A stretch of DNA of 64,000 nucleotides from Camelus ferus (lineage: Eukaryota), in the NCBI RefSeq assembly GCF_009834535.1, contig NC_045697.1, forward strand, positions 110,548,001 through 110,612,000, written 5' to 3'. A program made the translations under genes and the position numbers. Positions 49,230 through 62,499 of the stretch are shown one piece after another (within the stretch, counting starts at the first letter, position 1; each line of letters opens with the position of its first letter). Under the pieces are notes generated by a model. The model did not search any database, was not told the DNA's origin, and worked only from the letters and a program-made list of their open reading frames with translations.

Positions 49230-49727
49230 TATAGCCAACTGCAAGTTGCCTCTTTCTTCCCGGATATGTTGTAATCTAGGTAGAGAGAACATCTCCCAGT
49301 CTTCCTTGCAGCTAGGTGTGGCCATGTGACTAACATTGGACCAGGGAGCCATGAGGAGAAGTGATATAATCAACTCATATCCCGTCTCCAGACCAAGGAC
49401 CAGTCACTTTGTTCAGGCATCAGTTCTTTTATTCTTGCAGGAACTGGAATAAAGACGTGCCACGGACCTGGCTATGACCATGAAGACAAGGATGATGAGA
49501 CCTGACTATGACCATGAAGACGAGGATGATGCTTTGGGCATGGCCAAGCACAAGGTACCAGGTACGTGGGTCTCAGAATGTCCATGTGGGAAGAAAGGCC
49601 CTGCCAGCCTAGAACAGCTAGACAACAATGGGATAAAGGAGTGAGTAATAATCTAGCTTATTTAAGCCATTTTATGTTGAGGTCTCTTTGATCCACATCA
49701 TACTGAACTTATAACCTGACAAATACT
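49230..49727. mobile_element. ERVL-type solo LTR (LTR16/LTR33-like)
   Basis: catctcccagtcttccttgcagctaggtgtggccatgtgactaa ... ttatttaagccattttatgttgaggtctctttg. Confidence 0.6.
49465..49531. repeat. 34-bp tandem duplication
   Basis: gacctggctatgaccatgaagacaaggatgatga / gacctgactatgaccatgaagacgaggatgatg, two mismatches. Confidence 0.9.
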
Positions 49728-50426
49728 TACAATGAATGTGACTTAAAGTAATATTTGTAGTTATTTTACCAAGCAATAAACTGATCATTTTAAAATGAGC
49801 AAATCCAAAGCCTTATATACCTGAAATTTTCCCATTGCCCTAGGTTTTATAGAAATTTCTCTAATCCTGTGTTCCCTAAACTCCCAACAGAAGATTGACT
49901 CAGAAATGTGAATTTTTTTTCACAGTATATCTTTACAAACAAGGCCAGGGATATTGTAGAAGCTCAATAAACATTCTCTGATTGACTAAAGGTGATGCAT
50001 ATGGACCAAATAAGGTGGTGTTTCAAAAGAATATGTATTTTTATTTCCATGGAAAGAAAGATAACACTCTTCTTCAGTTTGGGGTAAAAGTGTTAGTTTT
50101 GGCCTGGGGTTTGAAATTCCTGACTGAAGCCATTCTTCTAAGCCATAAGTGGCTTGTTTCTACACTGTTGCATGTTGGATTCTATTCTTTCTGCCATAAA
50201 GCAGTCTGTGGCCATCATGTCCTTTTATAACATCAGATAATCCTGAAATCTGTTTGCAGATCAGAATTTTGTCTGTGATGTCTCCCATCATTTATTTTAG
50301 TTTTCCTGAGGTGTTTTGTCTTAATTGTAACTGTTTTAGTGGCTGTCATCACATTCTTCAGCTTACTTCTCAAGTCTTCTTTCAATGAACACTTTTCTGA
50401 TCATTCCGTTTAAAATAGCACCCCCC

Positions 50427-50474
50427 TCACCTCTACCTACCTAATCACCTCTACCTACCTAATCACCTCTACCT
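50427..50474. repeat. 18-bp minisatellite, about 2.7 copies, inside an L2 3' fragment (about 50330-50670)
   Basis: (tcacctctacctacctaa)x2 followed by tcacctctacct. Confidence 0.9.
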
Positions 50475-51344
50475 CTATTTTCCATTGTATTTACGTCTTC
50501 TAACATGCTCTGTGATTTACTTATTGCATTTGTCTATTTGTTTATTGTTTATCTCTTCCCACTAGAATAGAAGGTTCATTCAGGTAGGGAATTTTGTCTG
50601 TTTAACTCACTGATGTGTTTTTAGTACCTAGAGTAGGAACACAGTAGATACTGGTTAAATAAATGAACAATCACCACTTTATTAAAGAATAATTTGATTA
50701 AATTCTAGTTAGACAAACAACTGAACAATCTGTCTGATACAAGAAGCCCTAAAAGTATGTTCTATTTCAAAACTTGAATATATATTTTCAGGAAAGATAT
50801 TGAAACAGCAAAATGAATGAAGTTGGATTTCTTTTCTGCTCCCCTGTATGAATTGTTACTCATTCTGGCTGAGAAAAAACAAAACAAAACAGTCATTTGC
50901 AAGGTTGATCATAGTCTTTCAGCCTATACTTTTCCCACACAATGTGTCTGCCATCTGAGCATGTTACCCCACATTTCTGTTAAGTTAATAACAGAAGAGT
51001 TTTGCACCCCCGCACTTTGTCGATGCCGTACAGCTGCAGCCAGTTGCTTCTGGGAGGGCCAGTGTCACCTCTAAATGATGAAACCTCCATATCAGGGATT
51101 GTTGCATTGTCACCAGGCCTAGGGGGTAATTCAGTCCTGCAAATTAATTTAAGTTCCACCTATAGTCAGGCATGTTGCAGGGAAAGGGAGAGAGGGGGCC
51201 AAGAAGTAACCATAATTATTGCCTGGATGGTAGGGAGTCATGCCCGTTCCCAGTAACCCTTGGGTGCAACGTGGTGCTGTCTTACTTTACATCCCTACAC
51301 CCACTCCCTCATTTATACCCTCATCTCCTTATACGACCAGCCCA

Positions 51345-51590
51345 CGTTTATTCACCATTTACTAGTGCCAGGTACTGTTACAAGCACTTTACATTATCTT
51401 AATTTTTTTTATAATAAACCCTCCTCAGCAATCTGATGAATTAGATATTTTAATCATCCCTATTTTACAGGGGAAGAAACTGAGGTGTGGAGACAGTTTG
51501 CCCAAGTTCACACGGCCTGAGTATGTGGCAGGGTTGGCATTCACCCCAGGGGTCCTCCTCAACCCATGCTTTCCAATGCTACCTTAGTGT
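51345..51590 (-). mobile_element. MIR SINE
   Basis: gtgccaggtactgttacaagcactttaca...catccctattttacaggggaagaaactgagg. Confidence 0.8.
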
Positions 51591-52439
51591 GAGATGATGA
51601 TTCGAGTCTCTGGTTCAAAGGTTCCCCAATGCTTGTTGAATTTACGCCTCTTGGCAGTCAGCACTTTCCGTACTCTGGCCCTCCATTGGCTCTGCCAACA
51701 TTTACTCTGTTTCACTGAAGGATTTATTGCTGTTTGCCTGCTGTGTCAGTGGTGACTTACTTTTTAAACCCTTCATCGGGGGCAGTGTGGTATGGAGGAG
51801 TGTGTTAATTAGTTTTAATCCACATGGGCGTTGGGGAGTTGCCCGAGGTGGGAATACACACCCCAGGGGTGGTGGTGTGGCATTTAGTCAAAACGACTCT
51901 CTCAGAGGAGAGAGCTCCTATGAACTCTTCAACTATTTTAGCTCTAATCAATACTAGATGCTTTGCTGATTGGCAAAGTGAAGGTTAGAAATTAGTCTTT
52001 GCTGGTGAATTTAATGGTTCTCAAGACATGTCGGTTGGCCAGAAATATGGATGAGAGTTTAAGATTCCAGAAGGCCCAGTAGTGTGTACCCTTTGTACTG
52101 AAAATTAAGAAAACTTCCCATTTCAGGACTCCAAAAAAAAAATTGACATTCTTCTCAGTGTGAGCTTGGGCCATCCATGTGAAGAAGTAAGTATGAAAAA
52201 GAAGTTAGTTGTGGGTATTTGTCTCTGAGGAAGTTCCACTAGCAGCTTTGAGGGGGAGAGCAACGGAAAATGGTAAAAGTCTTTGCCAAGTATCTGTAAG
52301 AAGGTGATACAAGTTTTTGGAAATGAACTGCCAATCAGATAATCTCCAGGGTGCCAAGGTCATGTACCCACCTATTGACCCTGTATCTCCACTTGGCCGT
52401 TTCATAGCTTGCTAAAACTTGGTATATTGAGTGGAATTC

Positions 52440-53270
52440 TTGATTTTTTCTCATCTCAAATCTGCTCCTCCTCAGTAAGTGACCCCACCATTCACTCAGT
52501 TGTTAGGCCAAAACCCCCTGCACGTATCCCCCACATGGGACTGTAAGCATTCCAAATGGTCATTCCTCATCACGGCCACTGCTTCTCCCCAGACCCAAGT
52601 CAGCATCTGAACATAGCCTCCTAACTGCTTCTATTCCTACTTTCCCCTCAATCTATCTCAGTCCATCCTCTCTCCATACAACATTCAAGATGCTCTTTCA
52701 AAGCACTATGTAGACTACATACACTTGTTCAAATTTTTTAATGGTCTTTGGTTATTATTAGGGTAAGACAGACATTTATTACCTTGACCAAGATGGGGCC
52801 GTGCATAACCTTGTCTCTCCATGCTCCTCAAACTCCGTACCCTTAACTCTCCCTCTCACTCTTTCTGTGCCAGCTCCAGTGACCTCCTTCCTGGTCCTTG
52901 GACCCTCCACGTTTATACCTGATGGAAGGCTTTTACATTTGCTGTTCCCCTAGCCTGGAATTCCTCTCCTCCCAGATTGTTGCTTTGTGGATTCTTCTTG
53001 TCATTTAGACTGACTTTCTCTTTGACTTCCTTATTTATAATAACTATTGGCCAATCACTCTCCTTTCCATCACCCTTCTTAATTTTCTCCATAGTGTTGG
53101 TCACTATGAAACTGTTCTCTTTATTCATTTGCTGGCTTATTTTGTCTCCCTCAAGTAGAACACAAGCTTCATAAGAGCTGTGATGTTTTTCTGTACTGTT
53201 CTCTACCATACCTTGACATCTAGAACAGAATAGGGCATATAATGGATTCTCAGTAAATATTTATTAGATA
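52440..53270 (+). mobile_element. L2 3' portion
   Basis: ttacatttgctgttcccctagcctggaattcctctcc...gggcatataatggattctcagtaaatatttatt. Confidence 0.75.
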
Positions 53271-53618
53271 ATCTCAGCATAGGAGAAATAGGAAAAATGT
53301 ATTGGTTCTGGGGTAATCATACAGTGATGTAAATAGATTATTTCACCATCATTGCATTGTACTCATAAACCAAATTATATGGTTTGATTTTATTTTTACA
53401 TAGCCTTATCATACATGATAAATATTTTTAAAAATATGATAAGAGAAAATGTGGAAAGAGGAAAGGACATTTCAAATGCTTATTTCCCCTTTCTTCATTT
53501 TTTATAGTTAAATACTTAACAATTATTCTCTGGATTATTCATCTATAAAATAGGTGATTAATGTGGAAACTGTCTTACAGTTTTTTTATGGCAAAGTTGT
53601 ACTTGACTGATCCACTGT

Positions 53619-53945
53619 TATTTGGCCCTCTGTATCTGCTGGTTCTGCATCCACCTACTGATTCAACCAACTGCAGATAGAAACTATTTGGAAAAAAGTT
53701 CCAGAAAGTTCCAAAAAGCAAAACTTGAATATGCTGCATGCCAGAAACTATTCATATAGCATTATGTGATGTTAGGTATTGTAAGTAATCTGGAGATTTA
53801 GTGCATGGATTTACTGGAGGATGCACTTAGGTTACATGCAAATACTCTGCCATTTTTATATGTATAAGGACCTTGAGCACCTGTGGATTTTGGTATCTGC
53901 AGGGGTCCTGGAACCAGTCCCCCATGGATACCACGGGAAGACTAT
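53619..53945. mobile_element. TcMar-Tigger MITE (MER2/MER2B-like)
   Basis: ggccctctgtatctgctggttctgcatcc...ttccagaaagttccaaaaagcaaaacttgaat...ggggtcctggaaccagtcccccatggatacc. Confidence 0.85.
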
Positions 53946-54479
53946 ATTCTTCTTTTCAGAGGGCTATAAATCATCAAATCAAATCTAATGATATTGGAAG
54001 CCCTGGTTTAAAGCACACTTTTAAGAATATTCTAGTTAATTTAAGGGAACAGAAGAAGGTCACATAACATCCAGTAAACCTTTGACATTCAGCTGTGCTG
54101 CAGGTTCTGTAAATCAGTGTTACATTTCCCAAATAGGTCACTCTGACATCAATCGAAGAAAATTAAATTCAGTGGTAAGGTATCTATTAACGATTAAAAA
54201 AAAAATAAGTCCTTCCCAATTTTAGCAAGTGATGTTTTGGTTTACATTTCATGATTTCATAAATGTATAAAATTATTAAATGTCCTTATATTTAGAGTTC
54301 AGGTGATGTACTAAAGAAACTTAATCAAGGCTCTGATCAGTCATATGTTTGTGAAGCTGAGTTCCTTTTTGGCTGTGATTTTCCCATATGGAAGCTGTGG
54401 GGCAGAGGAGGGGGGCAGACAACAGCAAAAATCAGCCTTCATCTTGACCTGAGGATAAAATACATACAGCAGTAAGTAT

Positions 54480-55170
54480 CATCCAAGGGAAATGAGTATG
54501 AAAAGTTCCCACGGGATTTCCGAGAAGGGAGATTGTGTTTCTTGCTGTGCGAAGGGAAAAGAATCTAAGAGACTAACAGGACAGGTGATTTGTAATTTGC
54601 TCCTAGGGAGATTGGGGAGGGAAGTTCCAGGTGCAAAGACGTATAGCCTTAGGTGTTTGCGAGGAAGGCGGGCTCTTTCAGGAGTGGACTCAGGCCAGAC
54701 AGTAGAGGGACTTGATGACTGCAGAGAGGAGTTTAAATTTTGATAGTTTATGTGGGACGGGTAAAGGTGAGTGGCATGATGGAAAGTATGCTTTGGGAAG
54801 ATGATTAGGGCAGCAGGAGGACAGAAGGAAAAATCTTTGGGGGTGGAATTGTTAGAAAGCTCTGTGATGGTCCAAGTGATGGACTGTGCAGGTAGAAATA
54901 ATAGAGCACTGAGGGGCTGGAGAAGAGAGGAAAGACTTGAGATATGTGCAAAGGTTGAAGTCGAAGATGGGAAAACTAATTTGATGTGGAAAAGGAGAAT
55001 CCGTTCAGTTTTAGCAATGTTGAATTTGAGGCCTCTGAACTACCCCTACGTGATGCTGTCTAATGGGCCGTTGCGATGATAGAATTCAGACCTGCCTGAA
55101 AGTTCAGAGATGGAATGGGGGTCTTTGTGTGTGTCTTGGGAGAGGGGTGATTCAAAAGTACTGGGGCATA
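54480..55170 (-). mobile_element. L2 fragment
   Basis: gaagttccaggtgcaaagac...gttcagttttagcaatgttgaatttgaggcctctg. Confidence 0.55.
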
Positions 55171-55293
55171 AAATCTATGTTCTTGGGGCTTCAGATTTAA
55201 CCACAACAATTCTGCAAGTTGCTCCATCAAAATTTCAAAGATAAAGCCCTTCCAATGAAAAGACATGCAAAGCTCAAGTTTGGATCCCCTGTT

Positions 55294-55352
55294 TCTCTTT
55301 TTATTATTCTTTTTTTTATTAAAGTATAATCAGTTACAACGTGTCAATTTCT
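55294..55352 (-). mobile_element. Very short L1 3'-terminal fragment
   Basis: T-rich tract then attaaagtataatcagttacaacgtgtcaatttctg, same terminus as the 20092 and 45376 copies. Confidence 0.7.
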
Positions 55353-55529
55353 GCCCAATAGAGCCGCTATTTCTTGTGACTGCCTCATTGCCTCTACACT
55401 CTCTGAAAAGGGGACAGCAAAGCAAAAACACCAATGACTGGAAACAGTCCCAAAGCACATCTCTCCTGCAGGACAGAGACCATGTGACTTGAACTAGTGT
55501 GTGTGCCCACTGAGACAAAATGCAGAATT

Positions 55530-55670
55530 CAGATCATAGGATGGTGAATGTCAAAAGGGTTGAGAGAGCATCTGCTTAATCTCCACTATTTTATGATGAA
55601 AGAGACTGAGACCTACAGAGGGTAAGTGACTTGCTCACAGTCACAGACTTAGCTATTGACCTACGTGGGA
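55530..55670 (-). mobile_element. MIR fragment
   Basis: gactgagacctacagagggtaagtgacttgctcacagtcacag. Confidence 0.65.
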
Positions 55671-56629
55671 CTGCAAAACTCATTGGGTGTCTCTCAGTGC
55701 AGTGGGCTTTTTATTGTTTTGCAGTGAAAGAAAATGGGATCTATTACCACAGAGGAAGAAATCATATGTAATATGCTTGCTTTAATTTTTGCAGCCTTAA
55801 TCTCTCTATTAAAACAAAAGCCAGGGTACAAATATGGGAGAGGTGTGCTGTAGTGTCAGCCTTTCACACAGTCCTCTCTATTAGAGAAAACAATAACGGC
55901 CATATGCCTTTAGTGAAAACCTGTAGATTTGATGATTCAGAGTAAAATGGGATTTTCCAAACCACTAACAGTGAAAAGAACCTCAAAAGCGTATGTATTC
56001 CTTTTGCTTCTACAGATGGCCTGGTACCACATGTATCTGATCAGGTAAAAGTTCTGTTTCTGCAGTCACCATCACTGTTCTGGCCAGAACTGAGGATAAT
56101 GGGCAATTCTTCAAAGATTAGGGATTTTAGTTCAAATGGAGAGTTGTTCCTCGGTTTAGTAGATCTATCTGAGAAACCGGACTGAAAGTTTGTGCCAGGG
56201 AGCACAGTCAGCACCCAGGGAGGTAGGTAGGGAAGTTTCCCACCCACTCCTGCTCTCCGGGAGAGGTGGCTCAGGAGGCGTGCAGCTCTTAGCACCGCGT
56301 GCAATGTTTTCTGTGACAAACCTGCTATTTCTTCCCTCTGGTGACCAAAGACTGAGTTTTTAAAATTGAATTCACGTCCGTGTGACCCCCAAATCTTTGA
56401 GTATTATTAGACTTTGAGTCTCCTTCAAAGAGAGCATTAAACAAAACAAATTTTACCCTAGCCTTACTGCTCTCTCAACGTAATTATTAATAAGCTTAGA
56501 AATATTTTATTGGAATTTAGGTGGGAGATTCACATTCTAATTTTTTTCTCCTAAAGTCTTTTCTATATTTAAAAGTTCTCAAATACATTCTGCCTCTCAG
56601 GAGGACAAGCACAATAGATAATTTTTTAA

Positions 56630-57150
56630 AAAAACAGGTTAATTAAGATGAAAGTCACTCTTCTGGGTGTGCAATATAGGGATTTTAGTATATTCACAAA
56701 TTTGTGCATCCATCATCACTAAAAAAATTCTAGAATATTTTTATTGCACCAAAAAGAAATCCTGTACCTGCTACCAGTCACTCCCTATTCCTCCCTCCCA
56801 CCCCTGGCAACCGCTGAAGTATTTTCTGTCTTTATAATTTTGCCTATTCTGGGACATCTCACATAAATAATATAGCATATGTGACCTTCTGTGTCTGGCT
56901 TCCTTTGCTTAGCGTGTTTCCAAGGTTTATCGATGTAGCATTTGTAACAACTTCATTTCTTTTTATAAAGAATAATATCCCATTGGGTGGATATATTCCA
57001 TTTGGTTTATCCATTAATCAGTTGATGGACAATTTGTGCATTCTTACCTTTTGGCTGTAATAAATAATGCTGCTGTGAATACTCGCATACAAGTTTTGTA
57101 TGTATGTTTTCAATTCTCCACCTAGGAGTGGATTGCTTTTTAAAGGTACT
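56630..57150 (-). mobile_element. L1MB-like 3' end
   Basis: ttttagtatattcacaaatttgtgcatccatcatcacta...tttatccattaatcagttgatggacaatttg; reverse counterpart of the 31920-32480 type. Confidence 0.85.
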
Positions 57151-57478
57151 GACCAGTCTTTGGCATAATTGATTTGCAGGGTAACCAAAAGTTGGTTGCA
57201 GATACTTTATTTCTAAAAGGAACATATGCTTTTATTTTATTACAAATGAAATCCATTTCCTTGAAATCTGTTTCAATGGCATTTAGTTCTTCTAAACAAG
57301 GTAAGTGTATTATGATGGACATGAGTGTAAAACTTCATATGTGGAAGTGACTCAAGTGTGTTGGTTTTTATAAGCTAAGAAGTTGAGAAAAAAATTAATT
57401 AAGTCCATAAACCATAGATGATTAAAATACTGATTACCAGCTATAATTTCTTTATCACAATTTCTCCTGGTTGAGTAC

Positions 57479-58066
57479 TGTGATGGTTAATTTTATGTGT
57501 CACCTTGACTGGGTCATAGGTTGTCCAGGTTCCAGTCAAACATTTTTCTGGGTGTTTCTGTGAAGGTGTTTTAGGTTGAGATTAACATTTACGCTGGTTG
57601 TCTAAGTAAAGCAGATTACCCTCCCTAATGTGTGTGGGCCTCATCCAATCAGTTGAAGGCATGAAAAGAACAAGAATGCTGGCCTGCCCCCAGATAAGGG
57701 AGAATTCCTTGTGCCTGACTGCCTTTGAACCGGGATGTTACATTTTCCATGTGTTTGGACTCAGACTGAAGCAGTGGCTCTTCCTGGGCCTTGAGCCTGC
57801 CAGCCTTCAGAATGCAACTGCACCATCACCTCTCCTGGGTCTCCAGCTCACCAACTGGCCCTGCAGATCCTGGGACTTGACAGCCACCATAATCAAGTGA
57901 CCAATTCCTTACAATAAATCTCTCTATATATACATGTATCTATAGCAATATTAACATCTCTAGAGACCTCTATCTATTCTTAATCTATATCTATATCTAC
58001 ATATATATGTGTCTATATATCCACAGAACTATTGGTTCTGCTTTCTGGAGAACGCTGACTAATATA
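57479..58066 (+). mobile_element. ERVL solo LTR, MLT2 family
   Basis: Starts tgtgatggttaattttatgtgtca and ends ctattggttctgctttctggagaacgctgactaatata; AATAAA at about 57913 followed by a TA/CT-rich tract. Confidence 0.9.
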
Positions 58067-58844
58067 AATCCCTAGATATCTTCCTCACCTACTTCCTTCT
58101 CATTGCCAGGGCCAGCAGAGGGTAGACACGGGGAGCAGAGAGTGGGATGTCCTCTCTTTGGCCTCCTGTTGTTTTTCTCTACTTTGTGGATCTTTGATTT
58201 TAACATGAGGAGGCCCAGGTGAGATGGAATTAATGTGTTGGCCAAAGAGTTTTGGAAAGAGAAGTTTAGCAGGGGGAGATGTTTCAAGCTACTGGGTGCC
58301 CACCTGCATAGAGAGTTGATTATCAGATTCTTATCTTTGTGTTTTATTTGTTAATTTCTCTGATAGATTTAACTTGTAGGTTTTGTACAGTTGCTAATTG
58401 TTTAATAATTAACTAATAATTGTTGATCATTTCATAATTATTTACCACATCATTTCAATGTCTAAAATTTAGATTAGGGATGAAAATAAAGCCATCACTG
58501 TATTCTGTCTGCCTTTAGGGTTTATTTCTTGTTAACACTTATCACCCCTTTTTACTGGGAGTAAAATGTTCCTGAGAGAATCCCAGGCAGAGGACACCCA
58601 GCTTTAGCTCTGCTGACCCCAAGACTTGTTTCCTTTCTTACTCTAAAAGATGACTCAGGCACTCTGGTCCTTAGTCTTCATCCTCTCAGGTTTGTTCTGC
58701 TTAACAAGTAAATATGTATGGGGCATCTACTATGCATTAGGCACAGAGCTAGGCTTTAAAAACTACCATCCTAGTAAGGGAGACAGACTTGTGAGCAAGG
58801 ACAGTTCAGTAAATGTTGGCCAGTGCTCTGAGAGTTGCAAGCAC

Positions 58845-59400
58845 AGACAGGTCCACTCATAACACTTGCAGGGCCTGGAATAAGAATGAAGCCCATATTC
58901 CACACGTCCAGAGATTTGAAAGTTGTAAATCTAACTAACAGACCATTGCTAAATGAGACATGTACTATCCTTCTCCCATGATAGATATGCCTGTATGGCC
59001 AGATTTGAATTTAGAATTATGGTTCCTTGGAGTTCCACATAGAAGCATGGCATTGAAGGAAAGCCAGTCCCTGACCTGCAGCCCAATCCCTTCTCTTTCC
59101 ATTCCTGGTTACCCAACATGGGAGGGAGAATTGCAAACATGTATGTGGACACCCCAGGCCGCATGTGCAGGATACATCCACATGGACACAAACGGCTGGC
59201 CTTGACCACCTCTAAGCCTACTGATGCACACTCCAAGGCCTGGGAAGTGGGCTCTGGACCATTTGCTTGGAGAATTCTGGGCCCAGGGAACCTAAAGAAA
59301 AATCTGGAAGGGATGAGTGGGGCTCTGGTGAGCATCTCCCCTTGAACCTGAGGAGTCCTCCGTGGGGAGGAGTATCAGGGCCCTGGGACAGGGGTTTCCT
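58845..59400. mobile_element. hAT-Tip100 (MER45-like) element
   Basis: atttgaaagttgtaaatctaactaaca...tgtactatccttctccc...ggccagatttgaatttagaatt; family assignment from memory. Confidence 0.5.
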
Positions 59401-59470
59401 GGTATGGAACACAGGTGAGTACAGATACTGAGCACAAGGTACAATGGGAGTGTAGAGAAGAACATGTAGC

Positions 59471-59493
59471 AAAAAAAAAAAAAAAAAAAAAAA
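59471..59493 (+). repeat. Poly(A) tract (23 nt)
   Basis: Uninterrupted A run. Confidence 0.95.
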
Positions 59494-59781
59494 GAGTCAA
59501 AGAAAACTTCTGAGAAGAAATAATATCTGAGCTACAATGTTGAAGGGAAAGCTAGCCATATAAACAAAAGCGGGCATGCCATTATAAGCAGAGCGATCAC
59601 GGAGGCTCATTTGCACAGACATGACACAGCACAATGTCACCACATGGAGAATGAGGAGGGTGCATTCCTTTTTTTCAGAGTGTGAATCCATAGGAACCAA
59701 TGCCTAATAATGGTCTGTTATTTGAATTTATAAATTCAGACCGATAATCATATAGGCTCAAACATATCCTAAGAAGAATGG

Positions 59782-62408
59782 AAAGAAAATCTTCATTTTC
59801 TTGCTCCCCTCTCCCACGTAATCATTTTGATGTTTCCTTTTACATCTTCATGTTTATTCTCTTGCTATTCATCATAGTCATCACATTTCCAGTTGTGGTT
59901 TTCTCTTTTCTGTAGATTCCTGCTTCTTTAGAGTAGACCTTTCAATAGGTTTTTTAGGTTAGGTTTAGTATTGCTGTATTCTTTTAGCATTTACTTGTAT
60001 GTGAAATTTTTTTATCTCACCTTCTAATCTAAATGGTGATCTTGCTGAACAGAGTATTCTGGGTTGCAGGTTTTTCTCATTCAGGACTTTGAATATACTT
60101 TGCCACTCCCTACTGGCCAGCAATGTTTCTGTAGAGAAATCATTTGAGAGCCTGTAGGGGTTCTCTTACATCTAACTCTTTGTTTTTCTCTTGCTGCCTT
60201 TAGAATCATTTCTTTAACTTTGGCCATCTTACTTATAATATGTCTTGGTGTAGGTCTGTTTGAGTTCATCCTGTTTGGAACCCTCTAGGCTTCCTGTATT
60301 TGGATATCTGTTTCCATCTTTAGGTTTGGGAAGTTTTCAGTTATGATTTCTTCAAATACCTTTTTAAGCCCCTTTTTTCTTTCTTCTCCTTCTTGGACCC
60401 CTATTATATGTAGATGGGCATGCTTTATGTTATCCCATGGGTCCCTTATATTGTTTTCAGTGATTTCCATTTGCTTTTCTGTCTGCTGTTTTGTTTGGGT
60501 GATTTTCAATATCCAGTCTTCTAAATCACTTATTTTTTCTTCTGCATTATTTAGTCTGCTATTGACTGCCTTTAGCTCGGCTTTTATCTCAGCAACTGAG
60601 TTTCCTGCTTTTAATTGGCTCCTCTTTATAGTTTCTATTTTCTTTTTGTAGTATTCTGCATTTCTACTGATAACCACTCTAATTCCTTCAGTGCTTTGGT
60701 TACTCCCTTTTTGAAGTCGATCTAGTAGACTGTCGAGTTCTATTTCATTGTTCATTCTTTCAGAGGACTTCTCTTGTTCTTTAACTGGGAGTGGTTCCTC
60801 TGCTTCTTCATTTTACTTTATTTCTCTGACTCTATAAATTTAGGAGTAACAGTTATCTCCTGTATTGTTGAAGGTCTTTTCTTTTAATTTACTATTTTTT
60901 TAACGTGAGAGCATTCCTGTGTAGACTTTGCACACGTCTAATATTTTTGTTGTGAGTATTGATGGTTGCCATGTATTTCCTCCACGTATGCTGGCTGTTA
61001 TCCCCCTGATTTGAGGTATGGTTGGTGTTATGCTGATCAGAGCCTGCACTGGTTTTTGAGCGGGGCATCTTCTTTGCTCTGTGGTTGTCCCAGCCCTGTC
61101 AGTGGCCGGATCTGCTCCCCTGTTGTTGATAGAGGCTTCCAGATGTGTATCTGAGCTGCAGAATGTTAGGCAGGACTAGGGTGCTTCCCCTGGGAGAGGA
61201 GCCACTGAGTGTTACTCCACAGGAGATGTCCACCAGAAACTACCCTCATTGCGCAGGCTTACAAAGTACACTTTGTTGGTGTTGCCCTTGTCCCCACCTC
61301 AGATGCAGGAATGTTGGCAGTCCCCCAGGTTCTGCACCCACAGAGCCACCAGTGCAGATTTGCTAATGTCAGGCACTAGGACCAGCCTTAGTGTGCTTGC
61401 AGGCACACACCTGGATACACTGTGAGCCACAGGGTCAGCCCAGACCCCGGCCCAGGGTCTGAGTCTGCAGGCCCACGGTTAACGCCAGTCCTGCCCTAGC
61501 TGCATGCCAGAACTCTGTTCAGTCATCTTACAGGTGCAGGTCCATAAAGGCACCAGTGGAGCAAATCTGCCACTGCCACCTGGGGTTCAAATAAAATGTC
61601 AGTCCCACCTGTGACATATGAGACCCCTAGGAATGGATCCAAATTTCAGCCCTGCCTCTGCCCAGGAGCCGTGCACCAGTGATTGTGCCCCTCCAGAGCA
61701 AGCTGAGAGGGCTGCCGGCTCCAAGCCACACCCTTCTGCTCAGGGCAATGCACACCAACAATGGTACTGAGCAGTGCCCTCTGGGCTGGTGGGGACACTG
61801 CTCTGGCTGGTCTGCACTGTGCCCCCTCCGACTCCATGCACCGGCAGTACTGCATTCTGTGGGGGCTCCCCGGCTGCTCTGCTCTGCACACACTCCCAGC
61901 ACATCCTCACCACACTCCATCCCCCAGACACTGCCTCTGTGCTGTCAGCCCCAGTCCTCTTCCGGGGCTGTCCACAGGAGCCGGAGCTCCAGCAGCCGGT
62001 CCAGGCCTGTGTCTCAGGCTAGAGATCGCAGGAACCCTCTGTGCTGGTTTCTCTCAGTTCTGTCTGCCACGTGGCTGCTTCTTTCTCCACTGAGCCTCTG
62101 AAGCTCCCTTTCTGTCCCAGCTGACCTCCCAGCTGGGGAGGGCCCTTCCCGGGGTGAGGGTGCTTTCCCTCCTTTGCCACTCTTTCCCCAGGGGACAGGT
62201 CCCATGCTAATTTTCTCCTTCTTTTTCTTTCTTTTTTTTTCTACCCAGTTTTGTGAGGCTTTCCTTGTATTTCCGAGCATAAGAGGTATTTTGCCAAAGT
62301 TCAGTAGGTGCTCTGTAAGGTTTGTTCTGTACGTAGAGGTAGTTTTGCTGTATTTGTGGGAGAGGGTGCGCACCGTGTCCTTCCCCTCTGCCATCTTGGC
62401 AGTCCCCC
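59782..62408 (-). mobile_element. L1 5' UTR and disrupted ORF1, with no ORF2 or 3' end
   Basis: Minus strand starts gggggactgccAAGATGGcagagg (YY1-type site). ORF1 ATG at about 60811 (MKKQRNHSQLK). Fragments EIKAELKAVNSRLNNAEEKISDLED...IIGVQEGEERKKG...ENFPNL and RPTPRHIISKMAKVKEMILKAAREKQ are L1 ORF1p-like, with stops and frameshifts. Confidence 0.92.
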
Positions 62409-62499
62409 TAGGAAGACTGATCACAGCTGCAACTTTAAATGTATTTGTATGATTTTTGATTACTGTCTCTCTGTCTCTGAGCGCCAGCAGAGAAGGACT

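Noticed and set aside
51960..52410. Unique-looking segment considered as a possible processed pseudogene
   Set aside because: The frames I read gave no recognisable protein, poly(A) tail or TSD. A BLASTX search would be needed to exclude it fully.
59471..59493. Poly(A) run as the tail of the neighbouring L1 or of a processed pseudogene
   Set aside because: It is on the wrong strand for the minus-strand L1, and I found no TSD or mRNA-like body upstream.
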